64,000 nt of DNA from Guillardia theta CCMP2712 (GCF_000315625.1 NW_005434613.1:193751-257750); one strand, 5' to 3'. Positions 48,722 through 60,150 are shown, counted from the stretch's first letter. Program-made: numbers and translations. The notes: generated from the sequence alone by a model not told the origin.

Positions 48722-50052
48722 GGGAGGAGGGAGGAGGGGGGAGGATAGGGGAGCGAGGGAGGGAGGGAGGGATAGAAGAGGTAGAGTGGCCCATGGGAGC
48801 GAGGGGGCCGGGGGAGAATGAAAAGGATCCCATGTAGCAACGGTTCGCCGGGGATATGCTAAAACGAGGACTGTTCAACGGGTTGTTGCGAGGGGGGGTA
48901 CTCACAACTTGATTAGAAGGGGTGGGGGGCCGCCGTGATGGCACCGTTGGCAGGGGGGAGTTTTACCTCGGACTGCTACTACGGTAGGCGACGACTGGTT
49001 CGTCTGGCTGTATCCTCATGGCTAGCAAGACCGTCGCCGCGAGCGGTTCGGGAAAACAGTCGAAATCAGTCAGCCGACGTAACCTGGTCTCGGGCCCGTC
49101 CCGGACGGTCGCAGTTCAAGTCACACGGTCACGAGCACCTTTGTAACTTGATAATGGAAGAATTCATATTTCAACTGTAGGGTCCAAACCTCCGAGGCTC
49201 CGCGACTCCGGGGCCGACGCGGCCCGAGCCGCTCAGTGCCCGTCGAGCCGCGCCGCTCGCCGGGCAAACTCTGCCCGGGGCCTACCGTACTGGGCCGCAA
49301 GCCGCATGATTAAGTTGCGGCTCGCCGCTGGCAGCCAGTACTAGTACCGTCACGGCCCGGCCCGGCGGGCCGTATGATGGTACAGCCGTGACTGCTCAGC
49401 GCCGGTGCAGCCCGGCGTGTGACTCAGTCTGTGTTTGGAGATGATCCCGGGATACCAGAGGATGATTGAATTTGGCGAAGCAGTATCTTTGTGCTAACTT
49501 CAGTGGCATTGGCCGCTAGCCACTCACTGACTCTCTGTAGTACAAACGTGACTCAGGGCCTGTTGTGAGGCAACAGCAACTGCAAAGTACGGGAGTCCCT
49601 TGCTGCCCAATCCTGCTCAATATGATTCCTACTGCGGAGGATTGAGCTCCGGGGCTTCACAGAGCTCTGATAGCCTGGTTCAGGGTTTAGGGTTTACCTC
49701 TCACAGCCCTGTCTGTCGTGCTATCCAGCAGTGACTACCACCAGGATGTAAGTTCAACAGCGATAGGCGTCAACATGAAGATATGGTCGAGTCATAGCTG
49801 GCGATAGCGAGAGGGGATTTCGACCGGGTGAAGCAGATGAACGGATAGCAACAAACTTCTGCTCGAGGCAGAGAGGGAGCGTCTAACGTCTCCGCACCAA
49901 CAGCACCTCTTCCTCCTCGTACCACTTGTCAGCCCAAGTCCATACGAGACCTGACTTCAGACACAAGAGCGCTGGAACCGGACTTATTACCAGAAGGATA
50001 CCGAAGATAGAGGACAGTCACTTCATTACTCAATCATCATACAACAGCACCT

Positions 50053-50646
50053 CTACTGTTTTCTCCCTGCTCGCCTCCTCTCCTTCTCGTAGTGCTTCTG
50101 CGCGTGTGACCGTACTTGCTCGCTCGTCTTCGTCCCGATGTACTCTGCCATCTTCGCCGCCGTCCCCCGCCCCAGCCCCACCCCCGCCCTCCCCGCCTGC
50201 CTCCCTGCGCCCGTCCCTGCCCGGCCGTACAGGGAGAGGGCCTCGAGGAAGCGCCTGTGCTCCTCTGCCGACCACACTGACCGGCTCGCTATCACGCTGT
50301 CTCCGCTGCCTGCACAGTACGATGATGGCGAGCCGCCCGCCGTAGACTCCGAGGAGCTCACGACGTCGGGGGAGGAAGGACAGAAGGCAGACGGGAACGA
50401 TGAAGGAGGGAGGGCAGCGGCTTGGCTCAGACGGAGGGGCTTGTCGGGGTCCTGCCCGGCGGGAGCCAGCGGCAGGACGCCGGGGCGTGCAGGGCCGCTC
50501 GGGGCGCTGTAGAGGAGGGGAAGGTCGGGGTAGTCGCTCAGGTGTGCCCAGGGGGCGCAGAGCAGGGGGGAGGGGGAGTCGAGGAGGCAGATGTCGAGGG
50601 GGTAGAGGGCAGCGACGGCATCATCGATGGAGGGGAGGGAAGACAT
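50053..50646 (-). CDS. Single-repeat Myb protein, SHAQKY class (copy B')
   Basis: Same as copy B with a few substitutions. ATG homologous to the other copies is at 50646. Confidence 0.92.
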   Translation of the reverse strand: MSSLPSIDDAVAALYPLDICLLDSPSPLLCAPWAHLSDYPDLPLLYSAPSGPARPGVLPLAPAGQDPDKPLRLSQAAALPPSSFPSAFCPSSPDVVSSSESTAGGSPSSYCAGSGDSVIASRSVWSAEEHRRFLEALSLYGRAGTGAGRQAGRAGVGLGRGTAAKMAEYIGTKTSEQVRSHAQKHYEKERRRAGRKQ

Positions 50647-51146
50647 GGGATGAGGGAGGAGGGGAGGGGGGAGGGAGGGAGGGAGGGATAGATCAGGTAG
50701 AGGAGGCAGTGAAGGGATGAGATAGAGAGGAAGAAAATACCGCATCCTTTGCGGGGAAAAAAAGTTGCTGGTGGTCTTTATTCATATCCTCCTTGTACCC
50801 CCTATTATCACCTTTACATGTACCGGTGTTCACAGTGCCGACCTTTTAAGACAGGTGTAACCATCCAGGCGAGTTCGCGATATCGCAGCGCTTGGATGGG
50901 GCAAGACCTAACAGATGTCATCAATCACGGTACCGTCAACTTGGCCTTGAACCCCCCCCCCCTACCCCTACTCTTCACACTCAAAGATAAAAAACTCTCA
51001 AGTTCAGTTGACTGCTCTGTAAAGAAGAAATTTACCAGGCTCAAGGCAAGTTTCAGTCTGAGCGCCCGGGCCCCGGCGCCGGGGGCCGTACGATCAACAC
51101 CGTGGCATCCGAACTGAGTGACTTTGATTGTCCTCGTACTGATTTT

Positions 51147-51624
51147 TAACTTAACTTTGAGTAAAGAGTGAAAAGGTCTTGACGCCGGCAAACCTTAACA
51201 GCGCCGGGGCCGCGGCGTGGCGGCCCGGGAGGCACCAGCCCCTTGGAAGAAGCCTACAGTACTAGGACAGCGGCCCGGGTGTGCTCAGGAGCGGCGGTGT
51301 ATCGGGACCCTGGCTTTCATCCGTTTGCGTGCTCGTCTGTTTCGGCAGTATCGCTCTCGTATGGGTCTTGCCGTCCTCCTCGCAGGAGCCTTGCGCTACT
51401 GCTCTTTGTCCTGATCCTTGTTCCCCTGCTTGTCTTGCCTGCCGTCACTTTCGTGGTTCAATGGAGTACTACCGCGGTTTTGCTGCCTCCTCCGTTTCCT
51501 GGTGTGTAAGTTTATTGAGGCGGCTTTATAGGTTTTCTCCTTTTCCTCCTCGTTTGCTCCGGTTTGCCTTTCCTTTTTCAGTCAATCAATCGGAAATTGA
51601 CAAGGTTTACTCAAAGTTAAGTTA
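51147..51624. repeat. 478 bp segment bounded by 19 bp perfect inverted repeats (candidate MITE or paired protein-binding sites)
   Basis: TAACTTAACTTTGAGTAAA at 51147-51165 and TTTACTCAAAGTTAAGTTA at 51606-51624. The same 19-mer occurs at 43878 and 47495. Confidence 0.55.
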
Positions 51625-52786
51625 GAGGACAGTCTCTCTGAATGTTCCGAAGTTCTTTTGACGCGGACTGAGACTGCCGCGGCGGCCCAGAAGCGCTCAA
51701 CGGTAGAGAGAGCTCTGTTGGTGTATCGAGAGATACATGCACAGCTCCCCTGGACCACCTTCCACGGATATCATGCAGCAAGTTTGTCGAAACAGCAGCA
51801 ATTGCAATGGCAACGGGAGGAAACTGCAAGTAGATGCTGCAGCAAGTAGATGCCGAGGCTCAAGTAGATGCTATTCCAGGAAACCGTCCGACCTATTCCT
51901 CCTAGCAAATAACCATTCCTCACCATCATCGCAAATCACTTCTTCAACTCCTCTGGAGAGACATCTTCCTCCTCTTCATCCCGAAACCACAGTGTTACCT
52001 CCTAGGTCTCAACGTGCCACGGCCAGCCTCCCCGTCGTCCTGGACGTCACTGTCTGACCTCTGGCATCTTTTCCCTCCTCCTCTTGCACCTAAGAGTCAA
52101 CGAAGGCCTGCCGGTAGAGGAAGCAGAGGATCTCCTCGTCATATGACATGTTTCTCTGCCTAGATGTTGAACATCCCTCCAGGTCTTAGAGAAGAAGCCT
52201 TGCTCTCTCTCCGAGGGGAAACAACCTCGTCCTCAGACAAGCGAGGAGGCTTCTTCCTACGGGTCCTACTTCCTCTCCAGATATCTCCATAACGTACAAA
52301 AGTGTTCTCCAGAACAAGAGCAAGCTAACAGAATAACTATATTCTTTAGATAATTCACATTAGGAGATCTCTTCTTCGAGCTCGAGCTACCGCATCACTC
52401 CTGCTGTAAACATGCGCCAGCTTCGTCCAAGTATCTCCCCCCTCCTCTCCTCTCTGATCAATCCTCCTCACCCGCTGTCCTGCTCGCTGTCCCCGTACCT
52501 CAGCGTATGCGCCTATGACATTGTTGTCGCCTATCCGAATAGAGACTGTCAGTTAGAAAGGCTCAAGCCTTCTCCCTCGCTCCCTCTCCTCTCGCAATGA
52601 CCACTGGCTCCTCCCTCCAATGTTGCCTTTCTGCTTTCCTGCTGCCAGTCTCCTATCTACCTCCCTCCCGTGTCATTGCTATGCCGCTTGCCTTCCATCC
52701 CACATAGCTCCTTGCTCGATTCCAGCTGTCTATCTCTATCTGGCTGCCTTTGCTTCTCGTACTTGATCTCTTTTCCCTCACTTCGC

Positions 52787-55700
52787 TTACCCGTATGTCT
52801 CATAATAGAAGTCCTTCGCCTCGTGGTAAGAGACAGCAAAGTTCAGAAACATTTGAACCTCCCTGTACGTTTCCAATCCCACTTTGTCATACTTTGGAAG
52901 TAAATTGGGTCTGTCACGCCAGTTCCACTCGATGTCTTTTGGGTGATCAATCAGAAGTTTTGGCCAGTTCTGACGGAGAAATATTGAGCACGGAAGAATT
53001 TCTTCCATTGAAGCCCCCTTTTCCTCGAACACGTCGTCTTTTTGTTTCCTTCTAAGGCGTCGTATGTTTACTGCGCAGATCCTCCGAGCTCGGTCGCTGA
53101 TGGATCCTCGCTGTGACCATCTCTCTGTGGTTTTCACTTGGATGGCGTAGCGCGTGAGGACGTTGTCGCCAACCTTCAAGACGTACATCCTCTCCAGCAG
53201 CGCCTCTGCTGGAGGATTCATGCTGAACTCGCTGTAGTTCTTGTAGGGAAAGTCAAAAACGGATGTGACGGCAACTTGTCCACAATGAAAGCTCCACATG
53301 AGAGAATTCCAGAGATCTTGGTCACGTGTACGTCTATAGGGCTGAAAGATTGTCTCTGTTCCTTCTCCTCCTACTCCCCCTCCCTCATGTCTCCTCGTGT
53401 CCCAGACCGACTGAACGATCTGCGAAGTCTCTTCTTGCACCTGTTGGTTTGCTTGTTGTGAAAGATGACAATGACGTAGTTGTACTTTACCTGATGGTCA
53501 GTGTCTTTCCCTGCTGCTGCACCTTGTTTGGCATGAATAATCGAATGCATTTGAGATACAAACAGGGTGGAGGCGAAAGAAAAGATAAAACAAAATAGGA
53601 ACAAAGAGAAAGTGATAGTTTAAAAGCACGAAGATTTACCTGGATAGTCTTCATCGTCGTTGCATTCATCCTCAGACTTGCTCTCCGAATACATCTTGAG
53701 GGAGAGGTTAGCTTTGATATCTAATGGATGAATTGTACTCACCTCCGGTCCCGATGCTGTTGACAAGATGGATCTGTAAGAGGAATGCATGTACCTACCT
53801 TGATGTTCTTCTTTAGGACTCACCCAGGGTTTCTTGCTGATCTTCTCCTTCTCATCTTCCGCATCAAACTTGTTTGCAAACCGCAAGCCGTCCAGGAACG
53901 ACAGAAGACCCTGCTCGACCCGATGGTTCACGATCATCACCGTTCCTTCCTTGAGCGCTCGAGTGATGGCTCGGTACAGCAGCGATCGATGCAGGTTGAG
54001 GTCCTCGTCCGTCACCTTCTCGTCCAGACCGACTGCGATCACAACCTTGCTCTCCATCCCGTCGAAGTTCGCGACCGTGTCGAAGATGATGTTCTGGTCG
54101 TCGCTCTCGTCCTCCCTGCCTCGAGTCGTCTTCCATGCATCAACCGCAGCAATCAGCTTGAAGCTCGATGGCAAGGCGGAGTCCTTGTCAAGATGGTCTT
54201 GCAGTATTTGTTTCAAGTTGAGCTGGACAAGCCTCTCATGGACGAGTATCGCGATCTTCCTGTCCAGGTTCCCCGGGTACTCCACCATCACCTCTCTCAT
54301 CACCTCCACGATGTAAGTAGCGTACTCGCGCGCTTGGTTGTCACTGGAGCCCAGCGAGAAGATGTAAGGCTTGACAGGTCGACCAGAAACGTTGTGATGG
54401 CAAGACACCGCATCGATTGAGATCCCTTTCTGAAACAACAACGACGCTGTCATCGTCCTGTTGCTGTTTCTCACGACTTCAGTCAGGTAGACATCTTCAA
54501 GCCATTGAGGATAAGAGATGTCTGTAACATCAGCCTGCGAGCTCTCTGACATCAGCATCATCCTCGCCTTGTCGTACCTCTTCAGCTCGATGTAGTCTCT
54601 CGCTTCTCGATCGCAGTACACATGATGCGCCTCGTCGATCACTACAAACTTGTACTCCGACTCATTCTCACCCAAGATCTCCATCTGCTTCTCTCGCCTC
54701 CTTAGCTCCCCCCCTCCCTCTTCCGTCATCCAGAACGGACCGTCCCATCCTCCCTCCCTGCGGAAGGAGAAGAAGATCCGACCGAACAGGCCTTCATCCA
54801 CCAGCCTCCACCTTGCCATCGAGCCCACCCAGTGCGCTATGAAGAAAACAAAGGCTTCCGATCGGAGAAGGAAGAGGATAGAGCAGACCCTGTCCCTCTC
54901 CAGCTCTTTCAGCATCATGTGAAGCGCCATAAACGTCTTCCCCGTCCCTGCTGGGCCTCGCAGGTGAACTCCTCTCCCCCTCTGCATCGCCAATTCGCAT
55001 TGTCTGGCCTTCTCCTTCTGATGAGCGGTCAGTATGCTCCTCCCGTCTTCCTCCAGCAGCCCCTCGGCTCTCCTCGCAGGCCCCATGAAGCGCAGCAGGC
55101 GACTGGGAAGACGAGCAAGCACGCGGAGGTTCGACCGGATCTCCCGCAGACGCTGAGACGAGATCTTTTGGAGAGCGAACTGCTTGGAGGAGCTTGAGGC
55201 GAGCAAGGAGAAGCCTTGGAAAAGAGAGGGCAGGCTTGACACGTGCTTGCCCTCCCTCGTCGTCTCCGCCATCTTCTCTCGCTTGTACGTCTCGAGGTAC
55301 TCGAACAAGATGAGCGAAGCAATCTTTTCCATCCTCATGTAGCAGACATAGCTTCCAGTCTCGATCACGTTGGTGATGATCTCGATCGCCTCGGCTCGGG
55401 ACCATAGAAACTTGTTCATTCTCCCCAAGATCTGCCCCACGTCTTCCTTGTTCACATCCCAATCTTTCATCACACGGCGATGCCATGCTCGTCTGCAAGA
55501 CTCCTTGTCCGGAAGACAAGCGCTGACAAGCTCGTCTGTCAAGAAGACCACTGAGGCAAACCTCTTCTTGCGACCCCATTCAGCAAGCTTGTCTCTATTC
55601 CAGTACTTGTATTTCACATCTCCGTGCTCAAGTATCGTATCCAACATTCGCAGCAGCTTGTTTTGTGATGCAGACTGAGCGATGCACCTATCCCACTTCT

Positions 55701-56961
55701 CCCTCCATTCCTCGCCCATTCTTGCGTCCTTCACCACCTTCAGCCACAGGAGCATGCACATCGTCCATTCGCCGCCACCTCCCCCACTCCCCCCCTCAGT
55801 CTCCATGACCTGCCTGCTGTCGTTGATGGTGATCTGAGGACTCCCTGAGAACCTGCCGAAGCCTTGCAGGAAACATGTCATGTGGATCTCGAAGTCGTCT
55901 TTGTTGCCTACGTTCCTCGCGATGACCAGCTCGCTCTGGCACGTTTCGTCCTCAGAGTCGCTTCTATCACTCAACTCCGATTGAGACATCGTGTCTGCTT
56001 CAGACAGGTCGCCAGGAGCGCAAAGCTGTGCCGTGCGATCTGACATCTCCAGCACTTTCTTCCTGATCACCCTCCAGAGTTTCTTCTTCTGATGAGGTAG
56101 CAGTCTTGTCTCCGTCAGCTCATCAAGCGAGTCTTCCGTCAGATATTGGAGACCTTCAAGCTTCCAGTCTTCGATCTCGAGCTCCTTGCAGAGTCGTTCA
56201 GCAATCTTGGTAAACCCCTGCTCCTTGAAGAACCGCACCATCTCCGTCTCTTCCTTGTTTTCTCTCGCTTTCTCCGTCTCCTTCTCAGGCGTCGGAAGGC
56301 AGAAAGCTGAAGCATCTCGACGACCATACAGCCTGTACCCGGCTGAGCATCCTTCCGCCATATTCCAGGAGCACAGCAAGGATCGTCCTTGGAAGAGATT
56401 GTCATACAATGTTTGAGCAAAGCTGATGGCCAACTGATCGATTAGTCCTCCTTTGTGCCCGATGGCAAAGTCCACAACCGTCGCCAGCCTCCTCGCATGC
56501 TCGTCCGAGAAGCATGCGTTGAGAACCACAAGCTGCACCTCAGCAGCTCCTGACCTCCTTGCCTCCTCGTTGTGAGCTTGCAGAGCGACCATGATGGTTT
56601 CAGGCACGACATTCTGTCGGAAGAGCATGATCGCTTCTCGATCTGAGTGACAGCTGAAGTGAAGAATCAGAGGCTGGCGCTTGATTTCCTTCATAACATC
56701 TCCCCATATCGAGGAGTAGGTCCTTGACAGATTGTTGGCATCCGTTGCGCTCATAATGGCATGGATGTAGTTGTACTCTTCGTTGAGGTTCAAGGATTGA
56801 TCCTTGGGGCCGGCATGGACGTCTACGGGCACAAAGAGGAGCCGATGGGGGTAAGGAGGGGTTTCAGGCTTGGGATAGTCGGACCAGTTGACCTCGTCGT
56901 CTTCCGCTTCTTGAGCTTCGCTGTCCTTCGGTACCTTGGACACTAGTTTGCGAGGGGGCAT
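52787..56961 (-). CDS. CHAT (caspase-like protease) - SAM-like - superfamily 1 Schlafen-type helicase protein
   Basis: CHAT 'ILHFSCHS' and 'LVVLNACFS'. SAM-like 'FFKEQGFTKIAERLCKELEI...LQYLTEDSLDEL...LLPHQKKKL'. Helicase 'LTAHQ', 'RGPAGTGKT', 'VVIDEAHH', 'LTEVVRNS', 'DTVANFDGMESKVV', 'LYRAITRA'. The 52787-53440 exon ('QSVWDT...FQPY') probably continues the gene. Confidence 0.88.
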
Positions 56962-57042
56962 CTGGGCGAGGGAAAGAGTATCAGGAGGAGGAGCAGGAGG
57001 AGCAGGAGGAGCAGGAGGAGCAGGAGGAGCAGGAGGAGCAGG

Positions 57043-57084
<42 letters not shown>

Positions 57085-57290
57085 CTTGATTTTCAGCCAG
57101 CGATCATCGTCAGCTCTCGACTAGTTGAGAAGAGCAGCATCGCGATGGCTTTCCGAACAGGGCAAAGTTGGAGTTTTTAAAACTTTATCTTGTAATTTCA
57201 ATAAATGGTACAGATTTATGAAACTTGCTGGAAACGAAGCACTGTCCCTTCAGTCCGTATCCTGCACCAGAGCAGCACCAGAGTGTTTTA

Positions 57291-58452
57291 GGGGAGACTA
57301 AAACGCAGACCAAATTCAATTTCATTCTGGTACTAATTTTAAGTCAACTCGCGCTCGAGGTCGAAAAAGCAAATTGAAATCCAACTAAAAGTTCATTATA
57401 TTTGAATTTCAAACGATGCGTTTGCAATTTCCGAATTTCGTCGCCCCTCCCTGCCATGGAAGGCGGGACGGGCATGTCGCTGGTGGATAACATACCCATC
57501 AATGATGGGTCGGATCATTATGAATTTACCTGCAGTGATGGAGAAGAAAGCATTTCCGAATCGTCCAGTGACGACACTGAGATCTTAGGTCCACCGCAGA
57601 AGAAGAGACATCTTCGGAAAGGGAACAGGATCGGCAACTGGACGAAGAGGAATATGAGCAGGAAGAGGCTTGATTGGTACGAGTTTCAAAGAACTTTGAG
57701 TGACTATCAATTTCGTATATTCTATCGAATGTCTCGCACTGCATTCTAACATCTTTTGTCTCTCATTCGTAATGATATTACTGGCAAAGAGGAACATGGA
57801 AGGAGGGGCAGTCCACATGGGTGTATCACGGCGGAGTTGAAACTGTCCATGATAATCAGATGGGCTGGCAGGTGGCTCATATTTAAATATTCATCACTTC
57901 CATTGAGTCTCTGATTGTGCGCAAGAATGAAGTACTTGTGGCCATCTCGAATTGTGACCGTCCCTTGCGCATCAGATATCCTGATTTGAAGGACACAAAT
58001 GCTTTGCAAAGCATCGCCACAGGCTTCAAGATGAAATCTTCTCGTGGCATTTTTGATAGATGCATCGGTGCCATTGATGGAGTACTGATTAAACTGCATT
58101 GTATCAAAGGAATGGAGTCGTACAGAGCTCCACGTTATTTCACTCGCAAGGGATACTATGCATTGAGAACCGTCGATTCCTTTGGTATGGTATACACAAC
58201 CCGGTTAGTACACATGATAGCCTTGCTTTCTGCAAAGGAAAACTGGAGGATCTCAACCTCCTCCGTCCTTCTGTGCGTAGGTAGCTGGCGCCTTGGCAGC
58301 ATCTTCGTGTAACGCGAAGAAAATGAGGGTAAAATTGGATATTGGATGTTATATTTAGCTCTCAGAATACAAATATTTATGTTTCAAACCGTTTCACGTA
58401 ACGAATTATTTCAAGATTTGCGAAATTGAATTTGGTCTGCGTTAGTCTCCCC
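57291..58452 (+). mobile_element. Defective PIF/Harbinger DNA transposon with intact TIRs and a TTA target-site duplication
   Basis: Left TIR GGGGAGACTAAAACGCAGACCAAATTCAATTTC (57291-57323). Right TIR GAAATTGAATTTGGTCTGCGTTAGTCTCCCC (58422-58452). TTA on both sides (57288-57290 and 58453-58455). Confidence 0.93.
57456..58290 (+). pseudogene. Harbinger/HARBI1-type DDE transposase remnant (stop codon, frameshifts, 3' truncated)
   Basis: 'FRIFYRMSRTAF*HLLSLI', 'CIGAIDGVLI', 'YFTRKGYYAL' and 'STHDSLAF' lie in shifting frames. Confidence 0.9.
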
Positions 58453-58524
58453 TTAGAGACAGTAGGTGTCACCTAGTCTGTCTCCAATCTCCTAGACAAC
58501 GCTCTGCATCCGATCAGTCAGAAG

Positions 58525-58710
58525 GGAGAGGTGAACTGGAGGGCTGAGGGTTTCATGAAAACAGCCCTCCAGTTCACCTCTCCTCTCCTTCACTTTCTCC
58601 TCAACGATAGAGTTAGACTCTATCGTTGAGATAGACTCTATCGTTGAGGAGAGGTGAACTGGAGGGCTGAGGGTTTCATGAAAACAGCCCTCCAGTTCAC
58701 CTCTCCTCAA
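58525..58710. repeat. Cluster of three perfect hairpins (two copies of one 22-26 bp stem flanking a 14 bp stem)
   Basis: GGAGAGGTGAACTGGAGGGCTG-loop-CAGCCCTCCAGTTCACCTCTCC at 58525-58583 and 58644-58710. CTCAACGATAGAGT-TAG-ACTCTATCGTTGAG at 58600-58630. Confidence 0.95.
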
Positions 58711-58799
58711 ATGATCGCAAAACTTTTACAAGTGCCAATGAGAACAAGGATTGCTAGTGGTAAAGAAACAATCTGAACAGCGAGCGCACAACCCTCGGA

Positions 58800-60150
58800 C
58801 GCCCTCAGACAGGCAGGAAGAGAGTTAGACAACGATGAGTTTGTCATGGTCAGGTGGAAGGAGCTAGTAATGCTCCCTGGTGAACTAGTCACATCCTCGC
58901 AAAGAGTAGATAACAATCTTACCCGTCGTGGGTGATCCCTCTCTCAATGAAAGCCTGGCAGGGGATCGGTCAGGATGGGTGAGAAGAGCAGGAAGGGACA
59001 CAGGTTGCAGCGAGAGGGAGGCGAGCGAGGGAAAGGAACGGCGGAGGATGAGCGAGTGAAACGCTCATGGGACAAGGGAAACACAACAGGAAAGCAGGAG
59101 GAGGAGGAGAAGGAAGATGCAAGGTGAGGAGCGAGGGAAGGGGGGGGATAGAAGGAGAAAGAGGCACTGGAGAACACGCTAGGTCACAGACAACAGGATG
59201 TTGCTGGAGCGCATGGGGGACAGAAAGAGGAACGAGGAGCTGGTGGGGAAGGGAGGGTATCCCCTTGCACTGAGAAAGTTTCACCTCCTTGGTAGAGCAC
59301 ACGAGTGGCTTGTCAGGGCAACATTCCCATATGTAAGTCTGGAACTGATGAGTGGAATGAGACCTCGAGCCGATGACCTGTCGAGCATCAAAATTCAAAA
59401 TTCAACCCACGTTGCTCCAGCTTGTTCCTCTTCTTCCTTTTCCCCATAACTCTCCACATACGTGTGTACACGCATCCGAAATACCTCTCCGCCTCTCCTT
59501 CCCCTCCCCCTCCCCCTCGTCCTCCCCCTCGTCCTCCCTTTCCTCTCCCTTTCCCCCGCCCTCCCCCTTCCTCCTCCTCCTTCATCACCACGACGTTGTT
59601 CAGGGGATGCACTTTGCAATCCTTCCCCGTGTTCTGCAGCTGCGAGGGAGTCAGGAGAGCCCGAAGGAGCGAGCAGGCAACTCACCGCAGTGAACGTCTC
59701 CCCGCATATCTTGCAGATGTGAGGGATGGAGTGACAAGGGTCTCCTTTAGACTTCCCGCACGTGCACTTCGAGCTTAGCAGCGAGGACTGCCATCCTCCC
59801 CGTCAGCCCCTCACCCTCCGGCGTCCCCGAGCACGCTACTCACCCTCTTGTATCTCCTGCAGTTGCCCATGACCATGCTTGCACGATTGGTCTGCTGCTG
59901 AGAGAGACGCAAAATAGGACGTCATGGTTCATTGACCCATCTCTTCCACATCTTCTTCCTCCATCTCCCACCCTTCTTCCTTCCTTGCCTTTATCCTCCA
60001 TGTTTCGAACACCACCCATGTTCTCCCTCGCCCCTTCTCCCCCTCTCCTCACCTCATCAGAATCTTGGTTAGATTCAACAAGGATCCCTCTCTGGACAGT
60101 GTAGGTAGCGTTGGGATTTGACAAGGCATCGCTCGACTCCATCTTCTCTC
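58800..60150 (-). CDS. Possible hypothetical multi-exon gene
   Basis: Short open exons separated by GGA/CCT-rich intron-like tracts (e.g. 'MESSDALSNPNATYTVQRG', 'KCTCGKSKGDPCHSIPHICKIC'). No family recognised. Confidence 0.3.

Larger units (their letters stand above)
43329..50650. repeat. Tandem segmental duplication, period about 3.6 kb, structure [B fragment]-X-A-Y-B-X'-A'-Y'-B'
   Basis: Near-identical blocks: 43454-44580 vs 47065-48184, 45683-46470 vs 49279-50052, and the Myb ORFs offset by about 3580-3610 bp. Confidence 0.97.

Noticed and set aside
44583-58452. Myb genes as the Myb/SANT partner ORF of the Harbinger element
   Set aside because: They are SHAQKY-class, lie outside the TIRs and are more than 6 kb away.
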